Positions 58,540 through 64,000 of a stretch of DNA of 64,000 bases are shown piece after piece. Position 1 is the first letter of the stretch; each line of letters opens with the position of its first letter. This DNA comes from Candidatus Electronema sp. JM (lineage in GTDB: Bacteria > Desulfobacterota > Desulfobulbia > Desulfobulbales > Desulfobulbaceae): the NCBI RefSeq assembly GCF_048287415.1, contig NZ_JBLWEN010000001.1, forward strand, positions 88,790 to 152,789, in the 5' to 3' direction. Position numbers and translations under genes: made by a program. The notes under the pieces were generated by a model that saw only the letters and a program-made list of their open reading frames with translations, searched no databases and had not been told where the DNA came from.

Positions 58540-59942
58540 AGATCCTGCACCGCATCTGCCTGTCTGACGCGATCAACATCTGCCTTTTGGTGCTGATCGG
58601 CCTCTTTGCGATCCACTCCTTTGACGAGCTGCTGGCCAAGTTCCGCTTCACCACGATTGCTGACGGCCTCAACGCGGCCTTTTTGGAAATGCGCATCGCC
58701 GAGAAGAACTATCTTCTTTACGGCGACAAGGAGGCCCTGAACTCCATTTCCACCCGCATTGCTGAGACTGTCCCGGTCTTGGAGAAAGAGCGGGAGAACA
58801 TCGAGCAGGTCACGGGCGGCAGCGACTACAAGTACCTTGTCCAGCTGCTGGCCGAGTACCGCAGCGATGTCCTTGCCCTGCGAGACGGGCATGGCGCGGA
58901 CAAGCGGGTGCGGGAGTCCGGCCACAGCCTGCGCGCCTTCTCCGAACATCTCACCGCCATGGAGCGGGACAAGGTGGCGCAGATCATCGAGCGCTCGAAA
59001 GCCGTGCTCCGTCATTCCTTCTGGGCGGTGATCTTCTTCGCCTTTGTCTTCACCCAGTGGAATGCGCGGAGCATCCGCCGTTCCCTTCGGCAGGTGGAGC
59101 AGCTGACACGCTCGATTGCCAAGGGCGAGTTCTCCCTTATCCAAGAGAAGCCAGCGGCAGATGAGCTGGGTTCCATCGTCCAGGCGATCAGCACGATGTC
59201 GGACGAACTGAACCGGCGCGAAGAGGAGATTGTCCGCTCCAAGCGCCTGGCTTCCATTGGTGTGTTGGTGGCCGGTGTGGCCCATGAGCTGAACAATCCG
59301 CTCAACAACATCTCCATGATTGCGCAGACCTTCACAGAGCTGCACGACAAGCTGAACAGCGGGCAGCAGCTGGAGTTCATGGCCCAGATTGATGAGGAGA
59401 CCGAACGCCTGCGGGTGACAATCAAGAACCTGCTTGATTTCTCCAAGCCCAAGGAGAAGGAAATGGAGCCGCGCTGCCTGAACGAGGTGGCGCAGAAATG
59501 CATTGGCTTAGTGCAGAACATGCTGACCATCGGCAACATCCGCACCAAGCTGGCCTTGGCCGAAAACCTGCCCCAGCTCTGCTTGGACGAGCACCAGATT
59601 CAGCAGGTGCTGGTGAACATGCTGATCAACGCCATTCAGGCCATGCCGCCCGGCGGCGTGCTCAGTGTCAGCACCCGCCTGCTGCCTGAGCAGCACATGG
59701 CGGAAATAGAAATCAGCGACACCGGCAAGGGCATTCCGCCGGAGCTGATCAACCACATCTTCGACCCCTTCTTCACGACTAAAGACGAGGGCGGCACCGG
59801 CCTTGGTCTCTGGGTCAGCTACGGAATCATCAAAAACCACGGCGGGGAGATTCACGTCAAGAGCACAGTGAACAAGGGCACGACCTTCACTGTCACCCTG
59901 CCGACAGACTTGGAGCGATGTCAGCTATGCACAGCATCATGA
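58536..59942 (+). CDS. Sensor histidine kinase (two TM segments, HAMP, HisKA, HATPase_c)
   Basis: The H-box is VAHELNNPLNNISMIAQTF. The G-boxes are DTGKGIPPELINHIFDPFFTTK and GGTGLGLWV. Confidence 0.85.
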   Translation: MKILHRICLSDAINICLLVLIGLFAIHSFDELLAKFRFTTIADGLNAAFLEMRIAEKNYLLYGDKEALNSISTRIAETVPVLEKERENIEQVTGGSDYKYLVQLLAEYRSDVLALRDGHGADKRVRESGHSLRAFSEHLTAMERDKVAQIIERSKAVLRHSFWAVIFFAFVFTQWNARSIRRSLRQVEQLTRSIAKGEFSLIQEKPAADELGSIVQAISTMSDELNRREEEIVRSKRLASIGVLVAGVAHELNNPLNNISMIAQTFTELHDKLNSGQQLEFMAQIDEETERLRVTIKNLLDFSKPKEKEMEPRCLNEVAQKCIGLVQNMLTIGNIRTKLALAENLPQLCLDEHQIQQVLVNMLINAIQAMPPGGVLSVSTRLLPEQHMAEIEISDTGKGIPPELINHIFDPFFTTKDEGGTGLGLWVSYGIIKNHGGEIHVKSTVNKGTTFTVTLPTDLERCQLCTAS

Positions 59943-60307
59943 TTATTGACGACGAACGGATAGTGGGCGACATGGCCAAACTGTCCCTCAGTCAGGATGG
60001 CTACGATGTGGAAACGTTTCTCGACGGCGAGAGCGCGCTGAGGCGGCTCAAGGAGAAGAGCTTCGCTGTCGTGGTCACGGATTTGAAGATGAAAGGCGTG
60101 GACGGGCTGGAAGTCTTGCGCAACGTCAAGCAGCTTTATCCGGCAACAGCGGTGATCATGATCACTGCCTTCGCCAATCTTGATGTGGCCATCGAGGCTC
60201 TGCGCGACGATGTTTTTGATTTCTTCCCCAAGCCGGTGAAGATCAAAGACCTGAAAGCGTCGGTCAAGCGGGCAGTGGAAAAGGGAAACATGCCGCAGGC
60301 AGGCTGA
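59918..60307 (+). CDS. Single-domain response-regulator receiver (CheY-like)
   Basis: Key motifs are IMIIDDE...VVVTDLKMKGVDG...ITAF...K. It overlaps the kinase 3' end. Confidence 0.8.
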   Translation: MSAMHSIMIIDDERIVGDMAKLSLSQDGYDVETFLDGESALRRLKEKSFAVVVTDLKMKGVDGLEVLRNVKQLYPATAVIMITAFANLDVAIEALRDDVFDFFPKPVKIKDLKASVKRAVEKGNMPQAG

Positions 60308-60481
60308 GTCTGTGGCTGCTGTCGGCGATGGAGTTCTTCCTGGCAGCTTATGCTCTGGCAGAGGACACCATTATGCTTGACAAGAGGACAACGTTATCCT
60401 CTTGCGGAGCATAACATTATGCTCTTTGGCTGCATAGTGCTATGCAGCGGCAGCAGCAAATATGGTCGTGGCAATGGTGTA

Positions 60482-60503
60482 GGGGCGAAAAATTTTTCGC
60501 CCC
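60482..60503. repeat. Copy 2 of the GGGGCGAAAAATTTTTCGCCCC palindrome
   Basis: It is identical to copy 1 and has similar flanks (gtgta...tgcagc). Confidence 0.85.
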
Positions 60504-60542
60504 TGCAGCATTGCGGAAAACATGCAAAGGAGGAACGAGGCG

Positions 60543-60674
60543 ATGAACAAAGAAGAAGCCTTGCGGCGGATTAAACACGTGGAGGAGACAGGAGCAACGA
60601 GGCTTGATCTGAGCTTTCAAAGATTGACTGAACTGCCGCCTGAACTCTTTCAAATAAAAAATGAACCAACTTGA
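60543..60674 (+). pseudogene. 43-codon stub of a ROCO/LRR-family N-terminus with a conserved RBS region
   Basis: MNKEEALRRIKHVEETGATRLDLSFQRLTELPPELFQ... parallels MSKEEALQLIKEAAETGATWLNLFNQGLSEIPPEVFA... at 53413. The upstream GGAGGAACGAGGCGATGA is shared with the ROCO gene. Confidence 0.6.
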
Positions 60675-63261
60675 TAGTTCTGCCGACAAAGGAGCAACTC
60701 TCCGCAGCCTGTGGACTGCCTTGCTCAAGCTGCTGCCGGGCCGCAGCGCGCCGCCAGTCAGCCCGCGTCTGGTCTTTGAACGCTTTCAGAAGGTGCTGGC
60801 CAGCAACAATCAGGCTTTGGAGATCATTGCCGATCTGGGCGAGAAGCTGGGCGGCGACTACCTCTTTGACATGCGCTATGTTGAGTCCTCGGTTGAGGAG
60901 CTGATTGCGGCGGTGCACAGCTCAGTGCTGGCGGTGAATGAGCTGTGCGGCGACCGTCACGCCAAGCTGCATCAGGTGCATGAGCGTCTGAGCGAGGACT
61001 TGCGCCTGACCCTGGCTGGCCGTGAAGACCGCGAGGGGCCGCTGATCTTCACGCTGGATGAGATCCGCCCGCGCAACTGGGCCTTGGTCGGCGGCAAGGC
61101 CGCGCACTTGGCGGTGATGCGGCATGATCCGCAGCTGCGCGTGCCGGACGGCTTTGTCATCACCGCCCGCGCCTACAACGATCTGATTGACCATAACGGC
61201 CTGCGGCAGCAGCTCACTGCTTTTGAGGAGCTGATGTCCGCCACTGAGCCGGATGCCGACCTGCTGGAGGAGCAGCGCAGCTTGATTGAACAGGCCGTGC
61301 TCGCTGCCGCGCCGCCGCCGGGCCTGTTGGACGCGCTTGCCCAAGCAGCAGGCCGTCTGCCGCAGACCAGCAAGCCGCTCTTCTTGGCGGTGCGCAGCTC
61401 GGCGCAGGAGGAAGACATGGACTTCTCCTTTGCCGGCCAGTTCACGTCGGTGCTCAACGTGCCTGCCCAGCCGGATGCGCTCTTTGCTGCTGCCCGCGAG
61501 GTGATGGCCAGTCTGTTCTGCGCCGGGGCTGTGTCGTACCGCCGCCGCGTCTTCCCGGATGAAGGCAAGATGGCTATTGCCGTGGTCTGCCAGCGGATGG
61601 TGGATTCCCGCAGCAGCGGCATCGTCTTTTCGGTGGACACCATGCAGCTCGCTCACGACACGATGGTGGTGGTGGCCGCGTGGGGCCAAGGCGAGGCGGT
61701 GGTGGAAGGCGGCACAGCCACTGACACCTTCCAGCTCCACAAGGGGCCGCCGCTGCGCATCGCTGCCCGGCAGGTGGCGGACAAAGAGCAAGGCCTCTTT
61801 GCCGGAGCCGAGAGCGGCCTGACCAGCCGGGCCATCGCCAAGGAGCTGCGCACTGCGTCCTGTCTCTCAGACGATGAGCTGCTCCAGCTTGGCAGCACAG
61901 CCCTGCACTTGGAAACGCTCTTCAAGCGGCCGCAGGACATCGAATGGGCCTTTGACAGCAGCGGCCAGCTCTACATTCTCCAAGCCCGGCCCTTGGTGCT
62001 CAACACCCCGGCGCGGGAAAAGGCCCTGCCAGTCCGTGTGGAGCAGCACGAGGTCATCTGCGCCGGACAAGGCAAAGTGGCCCAGCAAGGCATTGCCGCC
62101 GGGCCAGTGCATTTGGTCAATTTTGCTGAGGAGACCGGCGAGTTCACGGAAGGCTCAGTGCTGGTCACGCACCACGATTCCTCCCGCCTCGTCACCTACA
62201 TCCAGCGGGCCGCCGGTGTCATCACCGAGACCGGCACGCCGGTCAGCCACATGGCCACCATCTGCCGCGAGTTCCAAGTGCCCTGCTTGGTCAATGTGGG
62301 CAGCATCCTCGGCAAGGTGCGCGAAGGCGAGCTGATCACCGTGGACGCGGAAGACCGCCGCATCTATCGAGGCTTAGTTGACGAGCTGCTGGTCTATCGC
62401 GCCACCTCCTGCATCAACCTGATGTCCAGCCGCGAGTTCCGCCTGCTCCGCCGCATTCTCAAGAAGGTCTCTGAGCTGCATCTGGTGGATCCGATGATGC
62501 AGGACTTCAGCATAGACGGCTGCCGCACCTATCACGACATTCTCCGCTTCTCGCATGAGTCAGCAGTGCAGGAGATGGTCAACCTTGGCCGCGATGAGCG
62601 GCGGCTGATCAAGGGCAGCATCGTCCGGCCGATGAAGCTGCCCATTCCCACCGGCATTCTGGTGATTGACATCGGCGGCGGCCTTGCCTCTGACGCGCCT
62701 GAGCGCGATGTGCCGTTTCAGGCCATTGCTTCCGTGCCCTTCCGTGCTGTGCTGCAAGGGATGCTCTTCCCGGAGATATGGCACAACAATCCTATGCCGG
62801 TAGGCATCCGCGACCTGATGAACAGCATGTTCAGTCCGATCCGCGAAGAGGCGGCGGAGCAGTACAGCGGCCACAACATCGCCATCATCGGCGGAAATTA
62901 TGTCAATCTTTGCTTTCGTCTGGGCTATCATTATAATATTATAGACGCGCACTGCGGCGAGGCGGAGCAGAACAACCATCTTTACTACCGCTTTCTGGGC
63001 GGCGTGACGGACATGACCAAACGCTCGCGCAGGGCGGCGATGATCGCGCAGATACTCAAGGAGTTCGAGTTCAATGTCCAGACCAAAGGCGACCTGGTCA
63101 CAGCCCGGCTCTCGCGCCTGCCGCAGCGGGAGGCCGAGCGCGCGCTGGACATCCTTGGCAGACTGGTGGGCTACACCCGCCAGCTGGATGTGCGCATGGA
63201 GAGCGACAATGATCCGGGCAGATATGCCGAAGCGTTCCTGAACGGGGAATACAGGGTTTGA
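60661..63261 (+). CDS. PEP-synthase/PPDK-like protein. It has PPDK_N ATP-grasp and PEP-utilizing phosphohistidine domains. The approximately 290-aa C-terminal region does not resemble the canonical PEP-binding barrel.
   Basis: Motifs include NWALVGGKAAHLAVM, FVITARAY, LFLAVRSSAQEEDMDFSFAGQFTSVLNV, AVVCQRMVDSRSSGIVFSVD, and the His domain TGTPVSHMATICREFQVPCLVNVG...GELITVDAEDRRIY. Confidence 0.8.
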   Translation: MNQLDSSADKGATLRSLWTALLKLLPGRSAPPVSPRLVFERFQKVLASNNQALEIIADLGEKLGGDYLFDMRYVESSVEELIAAVHSSVLAVNELCGDRHAKLHQVHERLSEDLRLTLAGREDREGPLIFTLDEIRPRNWALVGGKAAHLAVMRHDPQLRVPDGFVITARAYNDLIDHNGLRQQLTAFEELMSATEPDADLLEEQRSLIEQAVLAAAPPPGLLDALAQAAGRLPQTSKPLFLAVRSSAQEEDMDFSFAGQFTSVLNVPAQPDALFAAAREVMASLFCAGAVSYRRRVFPDEGKMAIAVVCQRMVDSRSSGIVFSVDTMQLAHDTMVVVAAWGQGEAVVEGGTATDTFQLHKGPPLRIAARQVADKEQGLFAGAESGLTSRAIAKELRTASCLSDDELLQLGSTALHLETLFKRPQDIEWAFDSSGQLYILQARPLVLNTPAREKALPVRVEQHEVICAGQGKVAQQGIAAGPVHLVNFAEETGEFTEGSVLVTHHDSSRLVTYIQRAAGVITETGTPVSHMATICREFQVPCLVNVGSILGKVREGELITVDAEDRRIYRGLVDELLVYRATSCINLMSSREFRLLRRILKKVSELHLVDPMMQDFSIDGCRTYHDILRFSHESAVQEMVNLGRDERRLIKGSIVRPMKLPIPTGILVIDIGGGLASDAPERDVPFQAIASVPFRAVLQGMLFPEIWHNNPMPVGIRDLMNSMFSPIREEAAEQYSGHNIAIIGGNYVNLCFRLGYHYNIIDAHCGEAEQNNHLYYRFLGGVTDMTKRSRRAAMIAQILKEFEFNVQTKGDLVTARLSRLPQREAERALDILGRLVGYTRQLDVRMESDNDPGRYAEAFLNGEYRV

Positions 63262-63273
63262 CAAGGAGACGGA

Positions 63274-63717
63274 ATGCAGCTTACAACCACGGCCAGCGAC
63301 AGCTCTGACCTGCTCATTATTGATGACGAGCCGATCATCGGCAAGCGGCTGCAACACACCTTCAGCAAAATTGGACTGAACGCGCAGGCCTTCACCAGCC
63401 CGCAGGCGGCGATGGAGCGTATCAGCAGTGCGCCGGTCCATGTGGTGATCACCGATTTCCGCATGAAGGGCATGGACGGCCTGGAGGTCTTCCGCCAGGT
63501 CAAAAAATTGAGTCCGCGCAGCAAGGTGATCATCATCAGCGGCTACGCCAGCCCGGAGACGGTGGACATCGCTTTTCAGGAAGGGGTGTTCGATTTTCTC
63601 GTCAAGCCGTTCCGCTTGGACGAACTGAAGGAGGCGGTGCGTCGGGCGCTGGAGGAGATCAGCAGGGAGCGGAAAGCAGAAGCGTCAGCCGCGCCATCTC
63701 CAGTGTATGGCATGTAG
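63274..63717 (+). CDS. Single-domain response-regulator receiver
   Basis: Key motifs are LLIIDDE...VVITDFRMKGMDG...IISGY...K. It starts 12 nt after the PPDK-like stop. Confidence 0.8.
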   Translation: MQLTTTASDSSDLLIIDDEPIIGKRLQHTFSKIGLNAQAFTSPQAAMERISSAPVHVVITDFRMKGMDGLEVFRQVKKLSPRSKVIIISGYASPETVDIAFQEGVFDFLVKPFRLDELKEAVRRALEEISRERKAEASAAPSPVYGM

Positions 63718-63748
63718 AATTGTCCCCTGCGTTGAGTGGCTACGTGAT

Positions 63749-63776
63749 GCAGCAGGGGCGAAAAATTTTTCACACC
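63749..63776. repeat. Degenerate, inverted copy 3 of the palindromic hairpin element (GCAGCAGGGGCGAAAAATTTTTCACACC)
   Basis: Its reverse complement matches ggtgt-GAAAAATTTTTCGCCCC-tgctgc of copies 1 and 2, with 6 nt of the left arm deleted. Confidence 0.6.
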
Positions 63777-64000
63777 TTATATTAGAGCCTGTTACTGTTA
63801 ACACTAGACCTCTTGCGTAAGTCACAACTTATTGATAAAAGAAGCTATGACCTGTTAGCATTATTTGATTGCAATCACGATCAAGGCAAAAACGACAAAC
63901 CCGATGAACATGACATCCAGTTTGTCAAACCGGGTGAAGATGCGGCGGAATCCCTTCAGCCTTCTGAACAGCCGCCCGACTTCATTCCGTTTTTCATACA

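Overview
This is a high-GC bacterial chromosomal segment. The housekeeping genes are a CBS-domain ClC channel, pheA, an ntrY/ntrX-like pair, fkpA, trmFO, gyrA and an intein-containing gyrB. Mixed in are visibly AT-rich, foreign-looking cassettes and a signalling-heavy accessory locus. gyrB and gyrA, which are adjacent in many bacteria, are separated here by about 5 kb. That stretch holds a tandem pair of Rpn-family PD-(D/E)XK nuclease/transposase-like genes, an AT-rich glycosyltransferase, a hemerythrin, a TPR protein and an IS110-family transposase remnant.

The most interesting parts are these:
- **AT-rich four-gene operon (39.5-43.4 kb).** It encodes a LysM membrane protein, an SPFH/flotillin-like coiled-coil protein, a HEAT/ARM-like protein and a small unknown protein. 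A conserved element of about 55 bp sits at its boundary. A second copy of that element sits next to another AT-rich gene at 49.0 kb.
- **NACHT-FGE and a giant PPDK-like protein (33.0-39.4 kb).** A NACHT-FGE-sulfatase STAND NTPase is divergently paired with a 1416-aa protein. That protein carries PPDK-type ATP-grasp and phosphohistidine domains behind a 900-aa unknown N-terminus.
- **Signalling locus (53.2-63.7 kb).** Four 16-bp palindromic operator sites at exactly 23-bp spacing precede an LRR-Roc-COR (ROCO) gene that is broken by one in-frame TGA. Downstream is a translationally coupled operon: YgiT-type zinc finger, two GspE_N/MshEN-like multi-DUF202 membrane proteins, a histidine kinase and a receiver. 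After that comes a second PPDK-like phosphohistidine protein flanked by single-domain receivers.

Three ROCO N-terminus paralogs are present: full length, LRR only, and a 43-codon stub. A 22-bp perfect-palindrome hairpin family occurs three times.
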